The notes below the pieces were generated by a model that had not been told where the DNA came from, made no database searches, and was given only the letters and a program-made list of their open reading frames with translations. The position numbers were made by a program, and so were the translations under genes. 64,000 bases of DNA from a virus. The stretch covers positions 32,001 through 96,000 of the IMG/VR virus record IMGVR_UViG_3300045988_122072, one strand, 5' to 3'. Below are positions 45,069-55,700 of the stretch, piece by piece (within the stretch, counting starts at the first letter, position 1; the number at the start of each line of letters is the position of its first letter).

Positions 45069-46082
45069 GTGCTTAATGAAATCTTGCAAAAACTAAATGA
45101 AAATTCAGATGCAATTGTCGAGCTCCTTGACTATTATGAGTGCGGCAAAATAAAAGTAAATACACGCGAGGTAAGATTCGCTAGAGATGATAGATCAGAG
45201 AGTGGTCTTAATATATCAATTAGGCTTGAAAATAATGATGCGTGTCTTGTGAAAGACTTTGCACGTAGTGAAGTAAATAATATTATTTCATGGTTATGTA
45301 AAGAAAAGAATGCTGACTTCAAATCAGTTTTACTGACAGTTAAACGTATTCTTAATTTGTCTGATGATTGGAGACCACGAAGAAATACACCTAAACTTTT
45401 TGGAGGAGTTTACGACTGTATTATTAATAAAACTCAGCCTGAACCTAAAACATACCCAGAAGAAATCTTGAAGCAGTATGTTCAAATTGGAAATGAACTT
45501 TGGCTGAAAGACGGAATAAGTCTTGAAGTGCAGAGAGAATTTGATGTGTGTTTTTCTCCAGAAGATAATGCAATAATTTTTCCATGGAAAGATGCAAAAG
45601 ACGATATTATTGCAATTAAATCAAGATATAATGGTACGCCACCAGAAGGTATGAGCAAATATTTTTATCCTGTAGGCGGCAATATATCAAGCAGCCTATA
45701 TGGATATAGTCACAATTATCAATATTTATATGGAAATGATGTTGTTATTGTAGAAGCAGAAAAAAGCTGTCTACAAGGATGTACATTTGGATATAGAAAT
45801 ATTGTTGCAATTGGCTCAAACAATCTTAGTGAAGCGCAATCAAAGCTAATATTGCAATTGCAACCAAAAAGAATTATTATGGCACTTGATGAGGGTCTTG
45901 AATTTGAGCAGATAAAAAAGAATTTGGATTTATTAAAATCACTTGCTACAATGAGGCAAGTGGAGCTTTACTATTGGGATAGCACATTAGATTTAGACAT
46001 TCCATCTAAAGCATCTCCTACGGATATGGGAGCAAAAAAATTCAATGAAATAATGCAGGAACAGCTTGTAGAATATACTTGA
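45069..46082 (+). CDS. Toprim-domain DNA primase-like protein
   Basis: VVIVEAEKSCLQ (Toprim Glu) and IIMALDEGLE (acidic cluster). GTG start, so the start is uncertain. Confidence 0.6.
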   Translation: MLNEILQKLNENSDAIVELLDYYECGKIKVNTREVRFARDDRSESGLNISIRLENNDACLVKDFARSEVNNIISWLCKEKNADFKSVLLTVKRILNLSDDWRPRRNTPKLFGGVYDCIINKTQPEPKTYPEEILKQYVQIGNELWLKDGISLEVQREFDVCFSPEDNAIIFPWKDAKDDIIAIKSRYNGTPPEGMSKYFYPVGGNISSSLYGYSHNYQYLYGNDVVIVEAEKSCLQGCTFGYRNIVAIGSNNLSEAQSKLILQLQPKRIIMALDEGLEFEQIKKNLDLLKSLATMRQVELYYWDSTLDLDIPSKASPTDMGAKKFNEIMQEQLVEYT

Positions 46083-46106
46083 CAGATTAGTATTTTATGT
46101 TATAAT
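46079..46106 (+). promoter_or_regulatory. sigma-A type promoter (family member)
   Basis: TTGACAGATtagtattttaTGtTATAAT, then gacaatACAAAATTAAAGGAGA. Confidence 0.65.
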
Positions 46107-46135
46107 GACAATACAAAATTAAAGGAGAAATAATT

Positions 46136-46312
46136 ATGACACCTGAAGAATTCGCTAAAAAGGCGCAGAAAATTTATGACAAGCATGAAGGTTACGCAGG
46201 AGAAGATGGTCATATTGATATAGATCGTCTTATGACTGAATGCCTTGAAAGCTTAGGTTATCAAGATGGATGTGATATTTTGTGGAGTATGTCTAGTATT
46301 TGGTATGCATAA
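46136..46312 (+). CDS. hypothetical protein (58 aa)
   Basis: Leader box fused to AAAGGAGA SD. Below the ORF-track cutoff. Confidence 0.55.
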   Translation: MTPEEFAKKAQKIYDKHEGYAGEDGHIDIDRLMTECLESLGYQDGCDILWSMSSIWYA

Positions 46313-46331
46313 AAATAAGGGAGAATTAATT

Positions 46332-46487
46332 ATGAGAAAGTTATGGCAAAAGATTTATTCGTTTTTCGGCTTTTGGCACTATTATGAGCTTATTTCAAAT
46401 AGGGTATACAAAGTAACATATTGGCGTTGCTTACCATGGGGAAAGTTTTTCCGAAAGTTTAATTTGTTTAGAAAGAGGGTATGGTGA
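46332..46487 (+). CDS. hypothetical basic aromatic-rich peptide (51 aa)
   Basis: AAGGGAGA SD before ATG 46332. Confidence 0.5.
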   Translation: MRKLWQKIYSFFGFWHYYELISNRVYKVTYWRCLPWGKFFRKFNLFRKRVW

Positions 46488-46756
46488 CAATTATGCTAAC
46501 ACCGGAACAATACCAAGTATACGTAGATGTTGTTGATAAGTTTGACAAATATATTCGAGAACATCCAGAAGTTATAGAAGAGGCTGCGCGTAAGTATGCA
46601 GAGCAGTTTGTTGACGTTAAGGACGTTGCACTTGGAGACAAAGTTCCATTCACAAGAGATTATCACAAATGTGTCTACGAAGTTGGCTGTCATGGCAATC
46701 CAGTAGGTTGCAAGGACTATAAGAGAGATGCACCAGATGGAGGTTATTATGGATAA
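46481..46756 (+). CDS. hypothetical protein (91 aa)
   Basis: Start is ATG 46481 or 46493. Confidence 0.6.
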   Translation: MVTIMLTPEQYQVYVDVVDKFDKYIREHPEVIEEAARKYAEQFVDVKDVALGDKVPFTRDYHKCVYEVGCHGNPVGCKDYKRDAPDGGYYG

Positions 46757-46777
46757 TATCACCAAGGAGAATGAATT

Positions 46778-47047
46778 ATGTTGATGAAAATTGCACACCA
46801 CAATGATGGTAAAGAAAAATGGCAATCACATACCTGTTATTTGTTTAATGATGCTGACGAACATCATAATTTTGATATAACAAACGTTTACGGACATGGT
46901 GAAACAAAAGAAGAAGCAATAGAAAATCTCAAGAAAGAACTTGAATATTATTTTAATGAACTTAATGCATTGGAAAAGATGCTTTACGAAACAGATGCAC
47001 TTGATAATGATATTGTTGAAGTTGATTGCCTAGGGAGGAAAATTTAA
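46778..47047 (+). CDS. hypothetical protein (89 aa)
   Basis: AAGGAGA SD. Confidence 0.65.
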   Translation: MLMKIAHHNDGKEKWQSHTCYLFNDADEHHNFDITNVYGHGETKEEAIENLKKELEYYFNELNALEKMLYETDALDNDIVEVDCLGRKI

Positions 47048-47241
47048 TGAGCGATATTAAAAATTTAAAGTGCTATTGTTGCAAATGCTATGATAGTTTT
47101 GATGGGTGTACAGCATGGTCATGCAAAGATGACTTTGAGATTAGTATTGATAAAATCAAGCAGGTGTCGAAGGAGTATGGGATAAGTATTTCGGACATTA
47201 CCGCGTTGATTGACTTTGAACGAAGAGGTGGTAGCAGATGA
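47047..47241 (+). CDS. hypothetical protein (64 aa)
   Basis: GGGAGGA SD; TAATG overlap. Confidence 0.6.
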   Translation: MSDIKNLKCYCCKCYDSFDGCTAWSCKDDFEISIDKIKQVSKEYGISISDITALIDFERRGGSR

Positions 47242-47633
47242 ATTATATTATTGCGGCACTTATTGGTATTGTTGTATGGCAGATAATTTGTTTTATTGCA
47301 TATGAAGTCAGTAAAGAAAGTTGGGAAATCCTAGAATACTGGGCACTAGGATTTGTTGTTGTTACTGTAGGATTTGTTGGACTAGTATACAGAACGCTTC
47401 GTTTTAGATGGTGTAAAAAGCATCTAAATGGTTATAGATTTTACAATAAAGGAACTAGCCTTTACATGTACTATATGACAGATAAACAAGCACAGAAGTT
47501 GTATAGTGAAGGTGAAAATGAATGCTATATTATAAAGTGTTCAGAAGGATGTAATTGGAAATCTGCTCCACACAAAGGAGAAATTTACAAGGGGCAAGAA
47601 GTATTTCATGGTGGTGATATGAAAAAGTATTAG
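47238..47633 (+). CDS. membrane protein (131 aa, two N-terminal TM helices)
   Basis: IIAALIGIVVWQIICFIAY and WALGFVVVTVGFVGLVY. Confidence 0.7.
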   Translation: MNYIIAALIGIVVWQIICFIAYEVSKESWEILEYWALGFVVVTVGFVGLVYRTLRFRWCKKHLNGYRFYNKGTSLYMYYMTDKQAQKLYSEGENECYIIKCSEGCNWKSAPHKGEIYKGQEVFHGGDMKKY

Positions 47634-47647
47634 AAGGAGCAACCAGT

Positions 47648-47971
47648 ATGACGAACGAAGAAATTATTGCAAAGATTGCTGAACTGGGCGACCTTAAAGA
47701 TAATCCAGTAACATGGGGAGATTTATTTGAAGTCTTGTATGATATGAGCACTGAGATTATGCAAACAATACAAACTGCAGATGAGTGCCAAGACAAGGTT
47801 GTTGACAGCTTAGGACAACACGTATTGGAATTGTACAATGAAGCTGAGTATCGTCGTATGCGTAGTATGGCATTTGTTCTCGCTATTACTGGGCATACAG
47901 ACCCAACTAAATGGTATCCTATTTATGAAGAGTTTTGCAAGGAGTATGATAAGTTAAATAGAAAGGAATGA
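47648..47971 (+). CDS. hypothetical protein (107 aa)
   Basis: GAAGGAG SD. Confidence 0.65.
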   Translation: MTNEEIIAKIAELGDLKDNPVTWGDLFEVLYDMSTEIMQTIQTADECQDKVVDSLGQHVLELYNEAEYRRMRSMAFVLAITGHTDPTKWYPIYEEFCKEYDKLNRKE

Positions 47972-47977
47972 CATGTA

Positions 47978-48379
47978 ATGGGGTTAGACAATGGTGTTAT
48001 GTTAAAAGTCAAAAATGAAAAGGATTATGAAAAGGCACACTGCCTATTTAATCATGAATCATGGTATGAACCATGTGAATGTGAAGTGGCATACTGGAGA
48101 AAATGCTATGGCATCAGAAATGCAATTCTACGAGTGGTAGATCCAAGTGTAACAAATGAATATAGATTTCCTGTGACACTTGATAATATTGATGATATCA
48201 TCAAGACATTTAAGTACTTTCTACATAAGAAAGAATGGGAAGAGGAAGCGGATACAATCTGGGAGTGGGACGAAAATACGAGACGTAATCAAGCAAGGAA
48301 TTTAAGAGGATTGCGATGTTTGCGGCGTTGGCTCAGGAGACACCCAGATGATACTGCGTATTTTTATGACAGTTATTAA
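47978..48379 (+). CDS. hypothetical protein (133 aa)
   Basis: AAAGGAA SD. Confidence 0.65.
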   Translation: MGLDNGVMLKVKNEKDYEKAHCLFNHESWYEPCECEVAYWRKCYGIRNAILRVVDPSVTNEYRFPVTLDNIDDIIKTFKYFLHKKEWEEEADTIWEWDENTRRNQARNLRGLRCLRRWLRRHPDDTAYFYDSY

Positions 48380-48389
48380 GGAGGGCAAT

Positions 48390-48638
48390 ATGGCAGAAAA
48401 AGATCAATTGTTGCAGAATATTTTATCACGTGTGGGACAATTTGAATATAATTTCGGATATGATTCTGTTAAGGCAATTTTTGTAAATGATTATGCATGG
48501 AAGCTGATTACAACGTACCGCATATATGAAATGCAATATTTCAATGGTGGTTATGGATGTGTCGGTAGGCTTTATGGATATTTAACGTACAGATATCATG
48601 ACGATAAGAATGCGCCAGATTTTTATATTGGCGTATAA
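48390..48638 (+). CDS. hypothetical protein (82 aa)
   Basis: AAGGAGGG SD before ATG 48390. Confidence 0.65.
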   Translation: MAEKDQLLQNILSRVGQFEYNFGYDSVKAIFVNDYAWKLITTYRIYEMQYFNGGYGCVGRLYGYLTYRYHDDKNAPDFYIGV

Positions 48639-48664
48639 CAGCACGAAATTAATGAGGTGATATT

Positions 48665-48886
48665 ATGAAAAATGAAAAGCCTACGCGTTGTATTGATCCT
48701 GTCATAAAGTATTGTCAGAGCTGCGAATATGGTTGGATGTCGTATCCAGATTGGGTTGAAACGGTAGGAGACCTTGATGGATGTTGCTTCGATTCTGGTT
48801 GCATATATGGGCTAGAAAATACTCAACCTACGGAGGAAGAGCTTGCAGAGTTTAATAAGTGGTGGAATGAATGGAATGAGGTGTAA
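48665..48886 (+). CDS. hypothetical Cys-containing protein (73 aa)
   Basis: Leader-box variant followed by GAGGTGA SD. Confidence 0.65.
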   Translation: MKNEKPTRCIDPVIKYCQSCEYGWMSYPDWVETVGDLDGCCFDSGCIYGLENTQPTEEELAEFNKWWNEWNEV

Positions 48887-48888
48887 AT

Positions 48889-49053
48889 ATGAAACAAACA
48901 ATTCAGTTAAATGCAAAAGATATTCAACAGCTAATTGCAAAAGAGTTTGGTGTTAAAGAAGAACAGGTACTTGTCTCGCTCAGCAAAGTATATAGTGGAT
49001 ATGGAATGGGAGAACATAAGGATTATGAAATCTATGCTACGGTAAATAAGTGA
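48889..49053 (+). CDS. hypothetical protein (54 aa)
   Basis: Starts 2 nt after the upstream stop. Below the ORF-track cutoff. Confidence 0.45.
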   Translation: MKQTIQLNAKDIQQLIAKEFGVKEEQVLVSLSKVYSGYGMGEHKDYEIYATVNK

Positions 49054-49064
49054 TGGTGATGTGA

Positions 49065-50672
49065 ATGAAGAAAAAATGGAATATAAAGATTGACGGTAGA
49101 GGACTAGAGCAGGACGAGATTATAGACTCCCTGCTCTCTAGTCGCAATATAGATAATGTTGGCGAATTTTTACATCCTAGTGAAGAAGATATATTACCGC
49201 TTGAAAAGCTACATAATATTGATAAGGCAGCCCAGATGATTCTTGATGGAGTAGAAAATTTAGAATCATTTTATGTTTACTATGACGTGGACGTGGACGG
49301 ATGCGGAAGCGGTAGTATTGCGACAAGATATTTAAATCATTTGGGTGCAGATGTAACAATTGGAATTAATAATTGGAAAGAGCATGGCATCAAGAATACA
49401 AATATTGATGATTTTGACGGCATTGATATTTTGTGGATTGTAGATAGCATTCAGGATTCAATTGAACCTTATAAAAAGTTTTTAGACAAAGATATTAAAA
49501 TTGTAATAAGTGATCACCACATTGTGTCAAATAAACTTGCAAAAGAGATGGAAGAAGTGGGAATCATTCTTGTATCTTCCGCTTATCACTATGAGAATCC
49601 TGACTTGAGTGGATCTTGCGTAACATGGAAAGTGTGCAAGATGATTGATGAACTATGTCTTGATGATTATGCAGACAGTTTAATTGACTTAGCAGCTACA
49701 GGGCTGATTGCAGATATGTGCAATATGATGTCGCCAGAGAATAGAGCAATTTGTGATAAGGCTTTTAAGAATTTACGCAATCCTGGTATTAAAAAGATTA
49801 ATGGTAGTTATGCTTTTGTAGCTAGAAATGTAAGCTTTGGAGTCTCGCCTAAAATTAATGCGGCCAACAGGGTTAATCATAACGACTTAGCAATGAAAGT
49901 GTTTCTGTCGGATGATGAAGATGAAATTGCAGAAATTGTTAAAGGTCTTAACCAATGTAGAGAAGAACAAAATAAAATTGTTGATGAAATTATGCCTAAT
50001 TTAGAAGAACAAGCACAAAGCCAATTGGATAAGAAATGTATGTTTTTCTTTATTCCAGATAATATTAAAGCTGCAGTTAGTGGGCTCGTCGCCAACCGCC
50101 TCCTGGAGCGATATAGCCGCCCTTTATGCGTGCTGAAGAAGTGTGAAGATGAATATAGCGGATCGATGCGAGCAACAGGCGTGAAGTCATTTAAGAAGTA
50201 TTGCGATAATACTGGTATTGGTTGGTGCTCAGGACATGAGAATGCCGCTGGTATTGGTATTCCAATTGCACAGCTTGATGAATTTAAGAAAAAGATTGAA
50301 GAAGAACTGGCAGATATTGAATTTGTATGTGAAACTTCGGCAGATATTCAACTTGATGCAGAGCAAGTAACGGACAACCTAATTAAGAGCTTAAACGCAT
50401 TAAATAGAATCAGTGGAACTGGGTTTGAACCGATTACTGTTATGGTTGAAACAGATAATTATTCTGTTAGCAGTATGTCTGGTGGGAAACATGTAAAGAT
50501 TATAGACAATGAGACAGAAATGATATTCGTAAAATGGAACTATAATGGTGATTGGGATTTTGATGGTACATTTAAGGCTATTGGAACGTTAGAGAATGCT
50601 CATTATGGTAGGAACAATTATAAGCAATTGACTATCCAAGATTTCAAGCTTGACAAATCGGAAAAATTGTGA
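49065..50672 (+). CDS. recJ: RecJ-like DHH/DHHA1 phosphoesterase (ssDNA exonuclease)
   Basis: YDVDVDGCGSG, VISDHH, GLIADM and GHENAAG motifs in DHH-family order. Confidence 0.8.
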   Translation: MKKKWNIKIDGRGLEQDEIIDSLLSSRNIDNVGEFLHPSEEDILPLEKLHNIDKAAQMILDGVENLESFYVYYDVDVDGCGSGSIATRYLNHLGADVTIGINNWKEHGIKNTNIDDFDGIDILWIVDSIQDSIEPYKKFLDKDIKIVISDHHIVSNKLAKEMEEVGIILVSSAYHYENPDLSGSCVTWKVCKMIDELCLDDYADSLIDLAATGLIADMCNMMSPENRAICDKAFKNLRNPGIKKINGSYAFVARNVSFGVSPKINAANRVNHNDLAMKVFLSDDEDEIAEIVKGLNQCREEQNKIVDEIMPNLEEQAQSQLDKKCMFFFIPDNIKAAVSGLVANRLLERYSRPLCVLKKCEDEYSGSMRATGVKSFKKYCDNTGIGWCSGHENAAGIGIPIAQLDEFKKKIEEELADIEFVCETSADIQLDAEQVTDNLIKSLNALNRISGTGFEPITVMVETDNYSVSSMSGGKHVKIIDNETEMIFVKWNYNGDWDFDGTFKAIGTLENAHYGRNNYKQLTIQDFKLDKSEKL

Positions 50673-50678
50673 TATAAA
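50650..50678 (+). promoter_or_regulatory. sigma-A type promoter overlapping recJ 3' end
   Basis: cTTGACAAATcggaaaaattgTGaTATAAA (17-nt spacer), then leader-box variant 50685-50694. Confidence 0.55.
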
Positions 50679-50706
50679 TACAATACGAAATTAATGGAGG
50701 ACAACA

Positions 50707-51210
50707 ATGCAGATTAATCGTGTGTGGGCTATGCCGAATAGCAAGACATTTCAAATTAAACCAATTAGAGAATTAATCAACAAATATGCATATGGGGTTA
50801 TTGTAGATCCATTCGCTAATGATAGTAAAATTGGAACCATTACCAATGATTTGGATGAACAATATGATACTGATTACCACATGGATGCTTTGGATTTTTT
50901 GAAGATGCTTGGAGACAATTCTGTTGATACTGTTCTGTATGATCCGCCATACTCACCACGTCAAGTGTCAGAATGTTACACATCACTTGGCAAAACAGTA
51001 AATATGCAAACAACACAAGCATCTTACTGGAGCAAACAAAAGGAGCAAATTGGCAGAATCGTCAAGAAAGATGGTATTGTAATTACTTGCTGCTGGAACA
51101 GCGGCGGCATTGGTAAGAAATATGGATTTGAAATTGAAGAAATTCTGCTTGTTCCGCATGGCGGTTGGCATAATGACACAATTGTAACAGTTGAAAGAAA
51201 AGTAGTGTAA
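50707..51210 (+). CDS. small DNA methyltransferase (N6-adenine/N4-cytosine type)
   Basis: 167 aa with IVDPFAN and LYDPPYSP (DPPY catalytic motif). Confidence 0.7.
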   Translation: MQINRVWAMPNSKTFQIKPIRELINKYAYGVIVDPFANDSKIGTITNDLDEQYDTDYHMDALDFLKMLGDNSVDTVLYDPPYSPRQVSECYTSLGKTVNMQTTQASYWSKQKEQIGRIVKKDGIVITCCWNSGGIGKKYGFEIEEILLVPHGGWHNDTIVTVERKVV

Positions 51211-51226
51211 AAGTAGGAGGAACGTT

Positions 51227-51613
51227 ATGACCTGTATCGAAAAGTACAACGAACAAAAAAATATAACAACCAAGATTATTAGCAATCTTAATAAGGCTAA
51301 GGGTCTTACTGCTATTGGAGAGAAAGACCCTCGCAATGATAAATATGGATTTAATTTTTACGACCATAGTATTTGGGGTGATGATATCCCTGTATATTTT
51401 CATGCGTCATATGGGTATTATGGGGATTCCGGTGGTTATAATGCTTGCTGCCCAGAGATGCAGAAGTATCTTTTAAGAGCACTTAATTATTATAAGGATG
51501 ATATTGTAAATTATATTATGGAACAAGCAGAAAAGGATAAGAATGATGCTCTGTTAGCTTGCAAGCAAGAAGCCGAGAGTATTTTAAAGCAAATTGAAGA
51601 GAAGACGTTTTGA
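51227..51613 (+). CDS. hypothetical protein (128 aa)
   Basis: AGGAGG SD. Confidence 0.7.
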   Translation: MTCIEKYNEQKNITTKIISNLNKAKGLTAIGEKDPRNDKYGFNFYDHSIWGDDIPVYFHASYGYYGDSGGYNACCPEMQKYLLRALNYYKDDIVNYIMEQAEKDKNDALLACKQEAESILKQIEEKTF

Positions 51614-51645
51614 GAATATGAAATTAATGGAGGAGGTGTGAGAGA

Positions 51646-52692
51646 ATGTCTGCTTTAAAAGATTTAACTGGGCAAACAAAAGGGGATTGGACAGTAAAAA
51701 GAAGAGTAGATCCTCCAGAAAATGCTAAGGTTAAAAATAGACCATGGTATCTTCTTGAATGCAATAGGGGACATAATAGAATATGCATGGGGCAAAATTT
51801 TTCAAATGGGAAAGTAACTCAATGTCATGAATGTGCGGCTATTATAAGAGAGGAAAAGAAACAAAAGAAAAGAGAAGAAGCTCTAACAATAGAGCAAGTT
51901 CGCAAACTCACAATTGATAAACATAGACAAATTAAATTAGGTGAAGAACGATTAAATAATGATGGAGATTTAATGAAACTAGTTGAATATAATGGAAGTA
52001 CATCTGTCACAATTGAGTTTCAAGACGAGTTTAAGCATAGAACCACTACATGGTATGCCAATTTTAAAAAGGGGACAATGAAAAACCCATATCATAAATT
52101 GTTATATGGCAGAGGTTATATAGGCGTTGGGCCATACGAGCAAACTATTAATCGTAAATCGACTAGAGAATATGATATGTGGAGAAGAATGTTTGATAGG
52201 TGTTATAGTGGAAAACAACCAGCATATGACGATTGTGAAGTTTGTGAAGAATGGTGGAATTTCCAAAATTTTGCAAAATGGTACAGAGAACATTATTATG
52301 AAATTCCAGGGCAAAACATGCAAGTCGATAAGGATTGGCTACGTGTCGGGAATAGAATTTATTGTCCTGAAAATTGTTGCATAGTCCCTCAAATAATCAA
52401 TACATGTCTATTGACTCATACAAAACATAATGAATCAAATATTCCAAATGGTGTTAGCATTACTACGTCAAATAGATACAAAGCTAGATGCTCAGTAGAG
52501 GGGAAAAGAAAAGATTTAGGAACATACAGTACTATAGAAGAAGCATTTAATGTTTATAAAGAATTTAAAATTGAATATATAAGAAATTTAGCAGAAAAAT
52601 ATAAAGATTATTTACCAGAAAATTTATATCAAGCAATGTTAAATTATAGAAATACTTTTGAAGTAAGGAGTAAATATTCTTTAATGGATTAA
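51646..52692 (+). CDS. free-standing homing endonuclease-like protein with AP2-type DNA-binding domain
   Basis: NGVSITTSNRYKARCSVEGKRKDLGTYSTIEEAFNVYKEFK fits the AP2 pattern. Lies immediately upstream of the polymerase gene. Confidence 0.55.
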   Translation: MSALKDLTGQTKGDWTVKRRVDPPENAKVKNRPWYLLECNRGHNRICMGQNFSNGKVTQCHECAAIIREEKKQKKREEALTIEQVRKLTIDKHRQIKLGEERLNNDGDLMKLVEYNGSTSVTIEFQDEFKHRTTTWYANFKKGTMKNPYHKLLYGRGYIGVGPYEQTINRKSTREYDMWRRMFDRCYSGKQPAYDDCEVCEEWWNFQNFAKWYREHYYEIPGQNMQVDKDWLRVGNRIYCPENCCIVPQIINTCLLTHTKHNESNIPNGVSITTSNRYKARCSVEGKRKDLGTYSTIEEAFNVYKEFKIEYIRNLAEKYKDYLPENLYQAMLNYRNTFEVRSKYSLMD

Positions 52693-52705
52693 AGGAGGTG
52701 ACATA

Positions 52706-55700
52706 ATGCAAAATTACCATCGTCATACAAGTTATAGCGAAGGTGATAGCGCTGCAATGCCTGAAGAATATGCGAAAAGAGCAGTAGAACTTGGGCACAA
52801 AGTCATTAGTTCTGTAGAGCATGGATGGCAAGGCTATTATCACAAAGCATTTGAATTGGCAAAAGAATATAATTTGAAATTTATTTTTGGTACAGAAGCA
52901 TATTGGGTCAAGGATCGTCAGAAAGAATATGAAGAATATGATAAAGAAACTGGTGAAGTTAAGAAAAATAAAGATGGAACAATTCGTACCAATAAAGATA
53001 AGTCAAATAACCATATAATTATTCTTGCTAAAAATGAGAATGGAAGACGATCCATAAATCGTATTTTGTCTGATGCCAACGAAACGGGATATTATTACAA
53101 GCCCAGAATTGACCTTGATTTAATTTTTTCACTTCCTGCAGATGATGTGTTTATTACAACTGCGTGTGTTGCGTTTTGGAAATATGAAGATAGTGATGAT
53201 ATTGTAAAGCACATGCATGATTATTTCAAAGATAATTTTATGCTAGAGATTCAGAATCATAATACTGCAAGACAGATTGCATTGAACAAGCATATTAAAG
53301 AATTGTCCGAGAAATATAACATTCCAATGATAGTTGGTCTTGACAGCCACTATATTTATCCAGAACAATCTGTAGAAAGAGATGATATTCTCGCTGGGCG
53401 CAATATCCAATTCGACGACAATGAAGTTGGTTGGTATATGGATTATCCAGATGACGACACTGTACATAAGAGATTTGCAGAACAGGGAGTGTTCGATGCA
53501 GAAACCGTGCAGAAAGCTATGGACAATACTGACATTCTGCTAACTTTTGATGACTATGATAATGTACCAGTATTTACTACTGATATTAAATTGCCTACAT
53601 TGTATCCAGACAAGACACAAGAGGCACGAAATAAAATATATAGCCAGCTTATTTCTAGACTTTTTAAAGACTACGTAAAACATGTTCCAAAGGACAAGTA
53701 TAAAGAATATTTTGATGGAGTTAAGCAAGAAGTATCTGTGTATAAAGAAACAGGGATGGTAGATTATCCATTAATGGACTACGCTATTATCAAACGTGGT
53801 ATTGAAAAGGGTGGACTAATTACAACTACTGGTCGTGGTAGTGCGGTTGGTTACTTTACAAATACTCTATGCGGATTTTCTAAGGTGGATAGATTTACAT
53901 CTCCTATTAAATTATATCCAGAGCGTTTCATTAGTAAGACAAGAATTCTTGAGACCCATAGCCTCCCAGATTTGGACATGAATCTCGGAACAGTAGAACC
54001 TTTTGCGGAAGCTCAGAAAGAGATTCTTGGAGAGGATCATGCATATCCAATGATTGCTTTCGGTACATTGAAGAAGAAGTCTGCGTTTAAACTTTATGCA
54101 AGAGCAACTAACTTGGATTATGAAATTGCTAATGAGATTTCTAAACAGCTTGATAAATATGAAGAAGCTGTTAAATATGCAGACGATGATGAAAAAGATG
54201 AAATTAATATTTACGATTTCATTGACGAGAAGTATAAGAAGTATATTGATCAGAGCAAAAAGTATTGGGGCGTAATTGACCATAAGAATAAAGCTCCTTG
54301 TGCATATCTTCTATATCAAGGAAGTATCAGAGAAGAAATTGGACTTATAAAGTGCAAAAGTGAGAGTACAAAGCGTGAATATATTACTGCTGTTATTGAT
54401 GGCGCAATTGCAGAAAAATATAAGTTCCTTAAAAATGATCTACTTAAAGTAGATGTCGTTCTGCTTATTGATATGATTTATAAGCGTATTGGAATCCCAG
54501 TACATACCGCTAGTGAAATTAGTGATCTTGTTGATGGAGATAAAAAAGTGTGGGATATTTATGCCAATGGATATACCATTGGTGTCAATCAGTGCGAAAA
54601 AGAATCTGCAATGAGGAAACTTAGAAAGTATAAACCTCAGAATATTTCAGAATTAGCTGCTTGGATTGCAGCAATTCGTCCTGCTTTTAAATCAATGTAT
54701 TCTAAGTTTGAATCACGAGAACATTTTGAATATGGAATTAAGGCTTTTGATAAGATTCTTCAAACACCACAATTCCCATATTCTTATATTCTTTATCAAG
54801 AGCAGAGTATGAATACACTAAACTATGCTGGGTTCCCTCTTGATGAGTGCTATGGCATCATTAAAGCTATTGCAAAGAAGCATCCAGAAAAGGTTCGTCC
54901 TTTGAAATCTAGATTCATTGAAGGATTCAAGAAGCGTATTATGGAAGACGATCATATTCCAGATGCAGAAGCAGAAGAAATGAGTGCAAAGGTGTGGCAG
55001 ATTATTGACGACTCCTGCGGTTACGGATTTAATAGTGCCCATGCTTATTGTATGGCTCTTGATAGCCTGTATTGTGCATGGCTAAAAGCTCATTATCCAT
55101 ATGAATTTTATGAAGTTCTTCTGCAGGTATTTTCTGATAAGGGCAAAAAGGATAAAGTTCAAGCGCTTAAACAGGAAATGCAAGGAGCTTTTGGAATTAA
55201 AGAGGGAGCATATAAATTTGGAGTAGATAATAGAAAATTTGTAGCAGATAAAGAAAATCATACAATCAATCCTTCATTATTATCAATCAAGGGTCTGAGC
55301 CAAGCTTGTGCCGATGATTTATATGAACTTTCACAAAGCAGACAGTTTAATAATTTTGTAGAACTTCTTCAAGCCATGACCAAAATTCCTAGTCTGAATT
55401 CTGCAAAAATAGACACGCTTATAAAGATTGGTTATTTCTCTCAATTTGGAAGCATAGGTACTTTACTACGTATAGTGGATCTCTATAATCTCTATGCAGG
55501 AAAGAAACTTCTCAAGAAAGATAAGTGCTCATTGCCTCCAGAAATTCTATCTAAGTATTGTACAGAAACCGCAAAGCAGTACAAAATTACCGATTCAGAC
55601 GGACTACTACAGGAACTATGTGGTATGATACCAAAGGACTGTCATGTACCATTGATGAGCGAGATTCAGTGGCAACAGGAATATCTCGGTTATTGTTCTA

